NCBI GenBank assembly: GCA_002506085.1
Contig: DAWV01000017.1
Location: 2,602 to 66,601, forward strand
DNA length: 64,000 nucleotides
Origin: Methanocorpusculaceae archaeon UBA425
GTDB lineage: Archaea > Halobacteriota > Methanomicrobia > Methanomicrobiales > Methanocorpusculaceae
Direction of reading: 5' to 3'
In this document: positions 9,035 to 18,768 of the stretch, in pieces
How the letters are laid out: every line of letters begins with the position of its first letter
Numbering within the stretch: position 1 is the stretch's first letter
Notes under the pieces: generated by a model
The model's input: only the letters and a program-made list of their open reading frames with translations
Told to the model about the DNA's origin: nothing
Database searches by the model: none
Translations under genes and position numbers: made by a program

Positions 9035-9760
9035 ATGCACTTTATGGAGGGCTCATTACCCATTGAGTGGTGTATATTCTGGGCCGTTCTTTCGGCTCCG
9101 TTTATCATCTACGGCATCTGGAAACTAACTGGAATGATTAAGGAAAACCGTCGTGTTCTCCCATTGCTGGCAGTATCCGGTGCATTTATATTTGTGATTT
9201 GTGCGTTGCCTGTTGAGACGCCGGTGGGTTGTTCCCATGTTACAGGGACTGGGCTTTCAACAGCATTCTTCGGACCGGGTATTACGTCAGTATTGGGCCT
9301 GATTGTTGTGCTGCTCCAGGCACTTCTGCTTGGACACGGCGGACTGACGACTCTTGGAGCAACCGTATTTTCCCTGGGAATTGCGGGACCGTTTGCGGCA
9401 TGGTTCGTCTTTAAGGGTATGAGAAAAGCCGGGAAAGCAGGTCTTGGAGTATCCATATTCATCGCGGCACTTGTTGCGAACCTTGTTACCTGTATCGTTG
9501 CCTCACTGCAGTTTGCATTAGCTTACTCTGATTTCAGCAGCTTTGCGATGTTCATGTCGTCATGTTCCTCGTTGTTCATCACTTCTCTCTTAGGCTATTC
9601 ATTCATACAGGTTCCGCTCGCATTTATCGATGGTATCATCTGTGCCCTTATTGCAAAATACATCGTGCGGATTAAGCCGGAAATTTTAAAGACGCTTGGC
9701 GTTATTAAAGATGATGAGATTGCAAAAATCCAGGGTGAAGCCGAAAAAGACAGTATGTAA
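9035..9760 (+). CDS. cbiM: Second, orphan CbiM-family S component
   Basis: MHFMEGSLP, GCSHVTG, LLGHGGLTTLGA, QVPLAFIDG; divergent from cbiM and with no adjacent N/Q/O genes. Confidence 0.88.
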   Translation: MHFMEGSLPIEWCIFWAVLSAPFIIYGIWKLTGMIKENRRVLPLLAVSGAFIFVICALPVETPVGCSHVTGTGLSTAFFGPGITSVLGLIVVLLQALLLGHGGLTTLGATVFSLGIAGPFAAWFVFKGMRKAGKAGLGVSIFIAALVANLVTCIVASLQFALAYSDFSSFAMFMSSCSSLFITSLLGYSFIQVPLAFIDGIICALIAKYIVRIKPEILKTLGVIKDDEIAKIQGEAEKDSM

Positions 9761-9820
9761 AAGACAAACAGAAAAAATACTTATAATGAAAAAAATTAAT
9801 CTTTTTTTAGTGTAATTGAT

Positions 9821-10693
9821 TCAGTGTTCGTCATAATTGCCGGGACTATGCACATCCCAGTAAATATGGGCATCCAATCCGGCATCCGGGAAAAAGAGCT
9901 GTCCACCCTCGCCCTTTATCATGATGTCCTGAAGATACTCCCCGATAATTTTCTTCTGCCAATCCTCATGTGCATCCATCCTGTCGGCATAATCGGATGT
10001 TACGGCGGCAATATCCGGATACCCCCGTAAATCATTCATAGGGGAGACTGAAAGATTCGCATAAATTCCCATCTGATACAGACAATTCCACACTATATCA
10101 GCATTGGGTTTTGAACAATATTCCACCCCGTGCAGTTTTTTCCAGAGAGCGGCATACACCACTTCCCAATATGGATCTTTCATAAACCAGAAAATATGAA
10201 CCTGCTTTCGCGCCGCGTTATGCATTTTCCAAAGAGCATCTTCTAGATCCGGCATATTCAGGGAGTATGACGAGATAACATAATCATATTTCATATCCGG
10301 GTCTAAATCCACATTCTCCCAGGTATTCTGCATGACGCCGATATCTGCATCAACCATGCAGTGCAGTTTATATTTCTCCATGGCAAGGTTCATCGGCTCA
10401 GAGGGTTCGACAACCGTTACCCGGCATCCGGATTTTGCAAGCGGCACCGCAAGTGTCCCCGGTCCCGCTCCAATATCCAAAACAGTTGAACCCGGAGGAA
10501 AATCAAGAACCTTCAACTGGTCTCCTGCACGGGAAAGTCTGCCGTCAATTAAGTTTTGTATCATCTTGTCGGCAATTTTCTGCATAGAAAAAAATTCAGC
10601 ACTTGATTTATACATATTCATACCACGTTGTTTTCTGCATCTGGCAGCCCATTCCTGATTTGCGCTGTTCATTTCATCCCGGTGAATACTCAT
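9821..10693 (-). CDS. Class I SAM-dependent methyltransferase
   Basis: VLDIGAGPGTLAVPLA motif I, VVEPS, YDYVISSYSL. Confidence 0.88.
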   Translation of the reverse strand: MSIHRDEMNSANQEWAARCRKQRGMNMYKSSAEFFSMQKIADKMIQNLIDGRLSRAGDQLKVLDFPPGSTVLDIGAGPGTLAVPLAKSGCRVTVVEPSEPMNLAMEKYKLHCMVDADIGVMQNTWENVDLDPDMKYDYVISSYSLNMPDLEDALWKMHNAARKQVHIFWFMKDPYWEVVYAALWKKLHGVEYCSKPNADIVWNCLYQMGIYANLSVSPMNDLRGYPDIAAVTSDYADRMDAHEDWQKKIIGEYLQDIMIKGEGGQLFFPDAGLDAHIYWDVHSPGNYDEH

Positions 10694-10825
10694 AGGGAGG
10701 GAAAATACATATGACTTTCCGCACGCAACGAGTAATACATATTTTTATTTTTATCATATTTTAAACGCACATATTATTTAAACAAACATATTAATAGAAT
10801 ACAAACCAAGAAAATATTAGTAACT

Positions 10826-12415
10826 ATGTACGAGAAAAAACACCTTGCGGCAATTGGAGTCATTCTATTTGCCATTATGCTTGTCTTTTGCAGCGGTTGT
10901 ATTGGAGCGGCAGAAACCAACCAGGATGCAGTAGTAAAAATTGCAACGCCAAACGAGATTACTGAAGCCTCGTATTTTGGCAACTACAACTTCGCTCAGA
11001 TGACACGGGTTACCACTCCCCCTCTCGTTCAGGTCGATGAAAACGGCGACTATACCGGTGCTCTCGCAGAAAGCTGGACAGTATCTTCTGATGGAAAAAC
11101 CTGGACTTTCACCCTGGATTCAGATTATCAGTGGAGTGACGGCACTCCCCTGACTGCCGAGGATGTTACATTCTCCCTTGAGTACACAGCAGAAAAAATC
11201 GCAACATCTCCGGCATGGATGAAAAACGCAACGATTTCCACCAGTGGAAATACCATCATCATCAGTCTTGCAGAACCGGTATACCGTCTTTGCGGCGACC
11301 TGGTTACTATTAACATTATTCCAAAACACATCTGGCAATCAATTGACACCCCGGAAGAGTACATCAGTAACGGACCTTACGTTGGCTCATCTGCCTATTA
11401 CGTAAAATCTGTTGACATCAATTCAGCAACGCTCATACTTGCAGCAAACCCTGAGTGGAAAGGTGAAGCTCCCTATTATGGAACCATTGAAATCCACTGG
11501 TTTGCAACTGAGGATGCAGCAATCTCCGCTATGCTTGGCGGAGAATGCGACACATACTGGAAGTATGGTGCAGCATTCCCGACAACGTCTGTTGCACTCC
11601 TTGAAGCATCTGATAAATTCACTGCTGTACAGACACCCTCTCTCAAAATGTCCTATGTCGGGTTTAACACCATCACCTCTGAGGTCGGACGTAATCTCGC
11701 CTTCCGCAAAGCAGTCGGTTACGCGCTCAACTATGATGAACTCGTTGAGATTTCAGCCTCAGGATATGGCGTAAGCGCTAACTCGGGTTTCATTCCGAAT
11801 GGCGTTCCCTATTACAAGAACACAACTGCAAACACCTACAACGTCGAAACCGCAAAAACCATGCTTGACGCTGCAGGATACAAAGACGTAAACGGTGACG
11901 GAATCCGTGAGGACACACACGGAGATGTATTAACAGTTACTCTTCTGACCCGCGACAAAGTCACAGGCGAGCTCATTAAAGAGTATCTTGAAAAAGTCGG
12001 ACTGAATGTAGACTACAAATTCACTTCAGATATCAATGCCTGGGTCGAGGTAAAGGAAGCCCATGCCTATGACATCGCCTATAATACTATCACGGCCAAA
12101 GGCATGATGATGGATTCGGGATGGGCAACCGGCTACTTCGCAGACAATACCGTCGGCACAGGCAAACTTCAGAATGTTGATGACCCGGCATTCCTCGAAC
12201 TTTGTGCGAAAATAAGTACAACCCCTGAAGGAGACAATCTGAAATCCCTGATTTCAGAGCTGCAGGATTACTATGCCGGGCAGGTTCCCGGAATTGCGCT
12301 TTACTGGTGCACAGATGTTACCCCAATCAATACAGAAATTGACGGCTGGTACATTTCCAAAGCGACGGGCATCTATAACGAGATTAATCTGCTGTCCATT
12401 CACCCGGCAGATTAA
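10826..12415 (+). CDS. Family 5 (peptide/nickel) ABC substrate-binding lipoprotein
   Basis: FCSGC lipobox; LAESWTVSSDGKTWTFTL...WSDGTPLTAEDV.FS signature. Confidence 0.9.
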   Translation: MYEKKHLAAIGVILFAIMLVFCSGCIGAAETNQDAVVKIATPNEITEASYFGNYNFAQMTRVTTPPLVQVDENGDYTGALAESWTVSSDGKTWTFTLDSDYQWSDGTPLTAEDVTFSLEYTAEKIATSPAWMKNATISTSGNTIIISLAEPVYRLCGDLVTINIIPKHIWQSIDTPEEYISNGPYVGSSAYYVKSVDINSATLILAANPEWKGEAPYYGTIEIHWFATEDAAISAMLGGECDTYWKYGAAFPTTSVALLEASDKFTAVQTPSLKMSYVGFNTITSEVGRNLAFRKAVGYALNYDELVEISASGYGVSANSGFIPNGVPYYKNTTANTYNVETAKTMLDAAGYKDVNGDGIREDTHGDVLTVTLLTRDKVTGELIKEYLEKVGLNVDYKFTSDINAWVEVKEAHAYDIAYNTITAKGMMMDSGWATGYFADNTVGTGKLQNVDDPAFLELCAKISTTPEGDNLKSLISELQDYYAGQVPGIALYWCTDVTPINTEIDGWYISKATGIYNEINLLSIHPAD

Positions 12416-12466
12416 TCATCTTTTTTAAACTGTTGTGACAAACAGTATACACAATTGAAAATACGT

Positions 12467-13423
12467 ATGAACAAAGCTGTTTCCAGAAAAATTATCCGCT
12501 ATTCTGTATGTTTGCTGATAGTGGTTCTACTCGTTTTTTTCCTTCCGCGGTGCATGCCCGGAGACCCTGTTCAGTGTCTTGTCGGAGAGGATGTGTATGT
12601 AACCCAGGAAATACTTGACACTCTCACCATTAAGCTCGGACTCGATAAACCACTCTATGAACAGTTTGGCATCTACATCAGAGGTCTCCTCACCGGCGAT
12701 CTCGGTTACTCCTACACCCGCCATCAGACGGTTGCAGATCTTATATGGAGCCGGGTTCCCTGGACACTGCTTCTGACAGGGGTCGCGATGATAATCGGCT
12801 ATGCATTCGGCATTCTCGCCGGCACATGGTCCGGATGGATGAGTGAAACAAAACGTTCAAAAGTTCTCACTGCGTTCGGGGTTGTCGTCTCATGTATTCC
12901 CCCTTATCTTCTCGGGCTTATTTTTTTCTCGGTCTTCGTTTACCAGCTGGGGTGGTTCCCATACAAAGGCTTCTACGAAACTCCTGATCTTTTCAGCGTT
13001 GCCTATCATATGGCTCTGCCGATCCTGACTCTCGCATTGTTTGTTTTTGTCAGAAACCTGATAATTATGCGGGGATCGGTTCTTACTGAAAAGAATCAGC
13101 TCTATCCCCAGTTTGCAAAAAGTCTTGGAATTCCACGGAATAAAATCATCTACGGGCATGTCCTGAAAAATGCGATTCTCCCGATAGTTACGCATTTTGC
13201 CATAGATTTCGGGTTCATCCTCTCCGGTGCACTGTTCATAGAAATTATTTTTTCCTTAAATGGTCTTGGACGCGTCATGTATACCGCGATTCTGAACCTG
13301 GATTATCCTGTACTCTCCGGGCTTTTTCTGGTAATCGCTATTATGGTTATCTGCGCCAATCTGGCTGCTGACATTCTCTATGGTATCATCGACCCTAGAG
13401 TGAAACGGGGTGAGGAAGAATGA
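12467..13423 (+). CDS. DppB/NikB-type permease
   Basis: MPGDPV, LGLDKPLYEQF, GDLGYSY, HVLKNAILP, DYPVL, DILYGIIDPRV. ATG at 12467 (TTG at 12455 is an alternative). Confidence 0.9.
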   Translation: MNKAVSRKIIRYSVCLLIVVLLVFFLPRCMPGDPVQCLVGEDVYVTQEILDTLTIKLGLDKPLYEQFGIYIRGLLTGDLGYSYTRHQTVADLIWSRVPWTLLLTGVAMIIGYAFGILAGTWSGWMSETKRSKVLTAFGVVVSCIPPYLLGLIFFSVFVYQLGWFPYKGFYETPDLFSVAYHMALPILTLALFVFVRNLIIMRGSVLTEKNQLYPQFAKSLGIPRNKIIYGHVLKNAILPIVTHFAIDFGFILSGALFIEIIFSLNGLGRVMYTAILNLDYPVLSGLFLVIAIMVICANLAADILYGIIDPRVKRGEEE

Positions 13424-14229
13424 AGTTCGACCGACGGTATATTCTTCCGCTTCTTCTCATTGCGGTTCTTCTCATCGCTGCAGTGTTTCCGGGAGTTTTT
13501 GCTCCGTATGAAGCCGCCGAACGCGACGCGACCTATCAGGCTCCAAGTGCCGAACATCTTCTCGGCACCGATAACATGGGTAAAGACATCTTCTCTCTTC
13601 TGATTTACGGGGCGAGATGGACACTCATAATCGGATTTTCCTCCGGTATTCTTGCAATTATCATGGGGACCGCGATAGGTCTTCTTGCCGGCTGGCGAAA
13701 AGGTATTCCGGATGAGTTTCTGATGGGGACAACAGATATCGTGTTAATCCTCCCGAAAATACCGCTGGTCATCATCCTTGCCGCATATCTGGGTCCGAGC
13801 CCATGGGTCCTGATTCTTGTGCTCGGGCTCCTTTCGTGGGAGTCCATCGCACGTGTCGTGCGTTCAAAAGTGATACAGATTAGGTCATCCAACTACATTC
13901 TCGCTGCCCGCTGCCTCGGGTTTTCCGACGCGAAAATTATGGTTCGTGAAATTCTTCCCATCGTATTCCCGGTTATTGTGCCGAAGTTTGTTCTCGTTAC
14001 TGCGGCTGCCATGATTTCCGAGGCATCACTTGCATTCCTCGGACTTTCCGACCCGATGATGGTATCCTGGGGCGGGATGATTTCAGATGCCTTCACGTAC
14101 AGCGGGTTCCTCCGGGGAATGTGGTACTGGTGGCTTCCGCCGGCACTGTGCATTATCCTTGGTGTTCTGGCAATTACGAGCCTTGCCTTTATCCATGAAC
14201 GCGGGGTTCGTGAGGTAGTGCAGTTATGA
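13420..14229 (+). CDS. DppC/NikC-type permease
   Basis: HLLGTDNMGKDIFS, EASLAFLGL, SWGGMI, WWWLPP-like motif. Confidence 0.9.
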   Translation: MKFDRRYILPLLLIAVLLIAAVFPGVFAPYEAAERDATYQAPSAEHLLGTDNMGKDIFSLLIYGARWTLIIGFSSGILAIIMGTAIGLLAGWRKGIPDEFLMGTTDIVLILPKIPLVIILAAYLGPSPWVLILVLGLLSWESIARVVRSKVIQIRSSNYILAARCLGFSDAKIMVREILPIVFPVIVPKFVLVTAAAMISEASLAFLGLSDPMMVSWGGMISDAFTYSGFLRGMWYWWLPPALCIILGVLAITSLAFIHERGVREVVQL

Positions 14230-15146
14230 ATTTACTTGAGGTCGCCGACCTGTCGGTTTCTTTCCCGGGTCCGTCCGGACGAATCCCGGCTGTAAGAAAT
14301 ATCTCCCTTTCGCTTGCTCCAGGGGAATGTCTTGCAATTGTCGGAGAATCCGGGTGCGGCAAGTCTGTTATTGCACAGGCAGTAATGCGTCTGTTACCTG
14401 AAGGGACCGAGGTTCTTGGTGACATGTATTATCATGGACAGAATCTGACGCATCTCTCGGAATCCGAGATGAAGCAAATCCGCGGAGAGGAGATTGCGAT
14501 GGTCTTTCAGAGTCCGGAGCGGGCACTGAATCCTGTGATAAAAATAGGGAGACAACTTATTCAGCCGCAGGTTCTGCACAAACTCTGCAATGCAAAGGAT
14601 GCAGAGCTCAGGGCAAAGGGAGTTCTGCAGAGTCTCGGTCTTGACGCTGACTGGGTGATGAATGCTTATCCCTGGATGTGTTCGGGGGGGATGTGTCAGC
14701 GAATTGTGTTTGCGGCGGTCTCTCTTCTTCACCCGTATGTGGTCATAGCCGATGAGCCGACGAAGGGTCTGGATGCTGAGCGTATCGGGGAACTGGAAAC
14801 AATGTTGTCTTCAATTACTTCCAGTGGAAAAACAAGTTTGCTATTGATTACCCATGATATGGAAGTTGCCGCACATCTTGCAGACCGGATTCTCGTTATG
14901 TACTGCGGTATGATTGTCGAAGAAGGAGCGGCTGCCTTACTGCTTGCAGCTCCGAAACATCCCTATACCCGCGGTCTCCTGAATAGTCTGCCGAAGAACG
15001 GTTTTGTCCCGATTCCGGGTATGTCGCCCGCACTTACCGCCCTGCCTGACGGTTGTGTATTTCATCCCCGGTGCCCGATTGCAGATGAAGAATGCCGGAA
15101 AAGTATCCCACAACTACGGAATGGTGTGAGGTGTCATAAATGCTGA
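14226..15146 (+). CDS. DppD-type ATPase with C-terminal Cys cluster
   Basis: GESGCGKS, ADEPTKGLD, HPYTRGLL, GCVFHPRC...C...RCH. Confidence 0.9.
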   Translation: MNLLEVADLSVSFPGPSGRIPAVRNISLSLAPGECLAIVGESGCGKSVIAQAVMRLLPEGTEVLGDMYYHGQNLTHLSESEMKQIRGEEIAMVFQSPERALNPVIKIGRQLIQPQVLHKLCNAKDAELRAKGVLQSLGLDADWVMNAYPWMCSGGMCQRIVFAAVSLLHPYVVIADEPTKGLDAERIGELETMLSSITSSGKTSLLLITHDMEVAAHLADRILVMYCGMIVEEGAAALLLAAPKHPYTRGLLNSLPKNGFVPIPGMSPALTALPDGCVFHPRCPIADEECRKSIPQLRNGVRCHKC

Positions 15147-15793
15147 TTCTGGAAGCAGAGAATATTTCAAAAACCTATGGCGGCACGTATGCTCTCGCTG
15201 ATTTTTCTCTTCAGCTTGCCGAGGGTGAAACAGTCGGTCTGTCGGGTCCGTCGGGGTGCGGAAAAAGTACCTGTGCACGTATTCTGGCAGGGCTCGAGAA
15301 ACCTGATACAGGGGTGGTAAAATTTGCCGAACGGGAGCTTCGTTCTCCAAATTCCGGAATTCAGATGATTTTTCAGGACCCTGCGGGATCTTTTAATCCA
15401 GTACATACTATTTATCAGTCACTTTCCGCAGTGCTGAGTCTGACAGGCGTCTCTAAACCGGATCAGAGAGCAGTGATGAGGGAAAAACTCCTCGCTGCAG
15501 GATTGCAGCCGGAGATTTTATCGAGATATCCTGATCAGATTTCCGGAGGACAGGCTCAGAGGGTTGCAATTCTCCGGGGAATGCTGGTGAACCCGAAGGT
15601 GATGATTCTGGATGAGCCTACGTCCGCTCTGGATGTCTCGGTTCAGGCGCAGATTTTACATCTGCTGAAGAATATACAAGAGGAGAGCCGGATGTCATAT
15701 GTGTTTATATCGCATGATACGGCAGTTGTGGACTTCATGTCGGATCGTGTTGTGAAAATAGAAAAAAAGCAGGAATATTCCCTGCAAAAATAA
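15140..15793 (+). CDS. Short DppF/NikE-type ATPase
   Basis: GPSGCGKS, ISGGQAQR, LDEPTSALD; lacks the C-terminal HPY/Cys domain. Confidence 0.88.
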   Translation: MLILEAENISKTYGGTYALADFSLQLAEGETVGLSGPSGCGKSTCARILAGLEKPDTGVVKFAERELRSPNSGIQMIFQDPAGSFNPVHTIYQSLSAVLSLTGVSKPDQRAVMREKLLAAGLQPEILSRYPDQISGGQAQRVAILRGMLVNPKVMILDEPTSALDVSVQAQILHLLKNIQEESRMSYVFISHDTAVVDFMSDRVVKIEKKQEYSLQK

Positions 15794-15826
15794 GGGGTGA
15801 TTGCGTATTTCTTATGTAAAGACGGG

Positions 15827-16396
15827 TCAATACCCGCAGACCACACAGAAAAGTCTGCTTAAAACCTTCGGAGGAGTCACGGCCGTGCCTTCTGCCACTC
15901 TCTCGTTTTGATACCCGAGATCCTCGCAGACAGCAATCTTCACTGCGGCGGGCATGGCTTTTGCCAGTTCCTCCACCGAAAAGTCCGGGTCCGCGATAAG
16001 AAAAACCGAATGACCAGCGGCGATATCTGATACCGCATGCGAAATGGCATCAGCATGATTTTTTCCATGGGCATTTACCACAGCCACATTCGTCCATGAT
16101 GTATGCAAACGGGCAAACGCTGTCTGCATTGAAGAAATACCCGGAATTACTTCGCCCGGAAGATAGCCGAGACCTGCCATCAGGGGGTCGCCGGTCGAAA
16201 GAATCACAGCGTCCTCCGGAAGAGTGCGAAGAGCCTTGTAATCAGTTATTTCAACAACTACCGCATCTTTTGAAATGAAAGATCTGACCAGCTCGATTGC
16301 ACGCTCCGAGCCGTATATGAAGCGGGCAGCGGTCAGGGCAGTCTCGCCTTCTTTTGTAAGCATTCCGTCTCCGCAGCCGACACCGATTATTTTCAT
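15827..16396 (-). CDS. cbiE: Cobalt-precorrin-7 C5-methyltransferase
   Basis: IGVGCG, STGDP..AG, PGISS.Q.A, EDLGY..E; last gene of the cbi operon. Start MKII overlaps the cbiD stop. Confidence 0.85.
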   Translation of the reverse strand: MKIIGVGCGDGMLTKEGETALTAARFIYGSERAIELVRSFISKDAVVVEITDYKALRTLPEDAVILSTGDPLMAGLGYLPGEVIPGISSMQTAFARLHTSWTNVAVVNAHGKNHADAISHAVSDIAAGHSVFLIADPDFSVEELAKAMPAAVKIAVCEDLGYQNERVAEGTAVTPPKVLSRLFCVVCGY

Positions 16397-17400
16397 AGCG
16401 TATCTCCCAAAACCTGACCGGATCTGTCGATGATTACCATTCGAAGCCATGGATACTTATGCTTTGCCAGGGCAAGCTCCTCCTCGAGGACAGTTTTACC
16501 GTCAGGACCGGCAATCATCTCCTCGACAGTTGCATAACCCCGTGAGGTCGCAGCCTCCTGATTGAAAAACCTGAGAATCAGACCCGGCAGACCGCAGATT
16601 ATTGCGGCATCACAATGCTCTGCTGCCGCCAGCCCCTCCGCAATTTTAGACCCGGCAAGCACGACTTCGTAATCAGGGAACAAAAGCCTAGAGTAACGGA
16701 GCCCGATTCTGCCGGTGGTAATGACGACTTTTTCCGCGTCTCTGATGCGTTCGCCAACCGTTTCCGAGAGATGGTCATCCCACGGCTCAACAAAACCGGT
16801 CGTCCCGACAACCGAGATGCCGCCTTCAACCCCGACCTTTGGATTCAGGGTTAGTGCGCCAATTCGTCTGCCATCCGGAATCGTGAGAAAAACCGAGGCT
16901 CCGCGAATCCCTGCGGCCTTACAGGCTGCAGAGACAGCATCCAGTATCTCTTTTTTTGCGGGAGGGCTGACGGCAGCATCGCCTTTGGCATACCTCGGCG
17001 TATCACGAACGAATCTGCCGACTCCCTCACCGGTTTCCAACACAATTTTGTCTGCCGGCGATGCCTTTGCACAAATCAGGATGCCTGCGGTAATATCCGC
17101 GGGATAATCGCCGGAAAATTTCCTGGCAGAACCTTCACCGTCTCTGCCTGTCGCAGGAATCTCTGCCAGAATTCCGCATGGAAGCATGATAGGAGAAACA
17201 TCACTGGGGAACCCCAGCGAAACTATTGCCGCATAGCACGCAGCTGCAGCTGTTGAACCTGTGGTGAACCCTCTTTGTAAAACAGAACCGTTCGAGGTGA
17301 GCACACCAAAGCCGCTTTTTGCAAGTGCCAGTGCTTTTTCATCACAGCACTTCATCACCCACGACTCAGGATATGCAAAACCTGTAACAGGATCGATCAT
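16393..17400 (-). CDS. cbiD: Cobalt-precorrin-5B C1-methyltransferase
   Basis: GFTTGSTAAAA, GEGVG, NPKVGVEGGISVVGTTGFV.PW. Confidence 0.92.
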   Translation of the reverse strand: MIDPVTGFAYPESWVMKCCDEKALALAKSGFGVLTSNGSVLQRGFTTGSTAAAACYAAIVSLGFPSDVSPIMLPCGILAEIPATGRDGEGSARKFSGDYPADITAGILICAKASPADKIVLETGEGVGRFVRDTPRYAKGDAAVSPPAKKEILDAVSAACKAAGIRGASVFLTIPDGRRIGALTLNPKVGVEGGISVVGTTGFVEPWDDHLSETVGERIRDAEKVVITTGRIGLRYSRLLFPDYEVVLAGSKIAEGLAAAEHCDAAIICGLPGLILRFFNQEAATSRGYATVEEMIAGPDGKTVLEEELALAKHKYPWLRMVIIDRSGQVLGDTL

Positions 17401-18059
17401 TTTTTTAATTCAGTGTACATCGTGATTATTTCATTCAGCGAAGCAACAGCGACAGGTGTTCCTCCGCGGGTCCCGGCATTTGATACAGACGGCACGGGCT
17501 TTGTGCGAAGAATCTCTTTCGACTCAGCCGCATTAACAAAACCGACCGGCGTGCCGATAATTAGAGCGGGACGGATTCCTTCATCCACAAAAGAGCAGAC
17601 CGTGAGCAAAGCACTTGGCGCATTGCCGATAACAATAATCGAGCCGTTCAACCGTTCTTCGAGGGCAGCAAACCCGGCAGAGCTCCGGGTAATCCCTTTT
17701 TCTCTGGAAATATCAGCCCCGAAATCCAGAGCACACCCGACTGTCGATTCATGCCCTTTTTTCTGAATGCCGGTTAAGACCATTCGTATATCAGTGAAAA
17801 TCGGAGCCCCGTTTTTGAGAGCAGCAAGACCAGCATCTATAGGGTTATTGTTGAACCGGAGAAGGTCTGCCATCGCCCAGTCTCCGACCGCAATCGAACA
17901 TCTCTGCCGTATCCGGTCTTCAGGGGTTGTGTTTCCAACAGCAGCACGTGCAAGACTCCGGCTCCGTGAAGAGATGGAAAATCCTTCGGGTGTGTCTGCG
18001 CCGATATCAATATACGTATTTTCGGTCGTAACCGCGGGGTGTAATGATTCCTTTGACAT
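17397..18059 (-). CDS. cbiC: Cobalt-precorrin-8 methylmutase
   Basis: TRS, IGNAPSALL, IGTPVGFVNAAESKE, GGTPVAVA..N. Confidence 0.92.
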   Translation of the reverse strand: MSKESLHPAVTTENTYIDIGADTPEGFSISSRSRSLARAAVGNTTPEDRIRQRCSIAVGDWAMADLLRFNNNPIDAGLAALKNGAPIFTDIRMVLTGIQKKGHESTVGCALDFGADISREKGITRSSAGFAALEERLNGSIIVIGNAPSALLTVCSFVDEGIRPALIIGTPVGFVNAAESKEILRTKPVPSVSNAGTRGGTPVAVASLNEIITMYTELKK

Positions 18060-18768
18060 TTTCTTCCTCCTTCCATATTCTGCTTTCTTCGCCGCCGATA
18101 ATTAAAACCGAGTGCATATCCACAAGGTCGTAGTTTTCGGCAAGAGTGCCGAGAGTCGTTATGAGAACCTCTTCGCCTTCCCGATACACATTCTTTACGA
18201 TACCGACCGGGGTTTCAGGGGCTTTGTATTTCAGCATAATATTCAGAGCTTTGCCGAGATTCAGCGGCCGGCCGCGGCTCTTCGGGTTATAGAGGGAAAT
18301 CGGCGTGCCCATACGGGACGCGAGGTCCAGACGTTTTTCTATTACCTCCCATGGCGTCAGAAGGTCTGAAAGACTTAAGGTCACGTAATCTCCGGATAAA
18401 GGAGAACCGAGACGGCTCGCTGCCGCAGTTGCCGCAGTAACGCCCGGGAGAACGATGACGTCCTGAGTTGGAAACTCATGTTCGATGATTTCCAGGACAA
18501 TGCTCGCCATCCCGTAAACTCCTGCATCTCCGCCGGAAACCATGGATACATTGTGGTCTGCCGCAAGGCGTGCCGCCTCACGGGCACGGTCGACCTCTTT
18601 GCCCATCGAACTTCTGATGACCTGTTTATTATTCAAAAGCGGTTCAAGCATTTCAAGATAGAATGCGTTCCCGATAACGATATCGGATAAGGCAATCGCC
18701 TTTATTGCGGCGGGCGTCATCTGCTGCATGCTGCCCGGTCCTGTACTTACAATCCAAAGAGTTCCCAT
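18007..18768 (-). CDS. cbiH: Precorrin-3B C17-methyltransferase
   Basis: VSGGDAGVYGMA, SLSDLLTPW, LYNPKS, ITPRGY. Confidence 0.93.
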   Translation of the reverse strand: MGTLWIVSTGPGSMQQMTPAAIKAIALSDIVIGNAFYLEMLEPLLNNKQVIRSSMGKEVDRAREAARLAADHNVSMVSGGDAGVYGMASIVLEIIEHEFPTQDVIVLPGVTAATAAASRLGSPLSGDYVTLSLSDLLTPWEVIEKRLDLASRMGTPISLYNPKSRGRPLNLGKALNIMLKYKAPETPVGIVKNVYREGEEVLITTLGTLAENYDLVDMHSVLIIGGEESRIWKEEENVKGIITPRGYDRKYVY

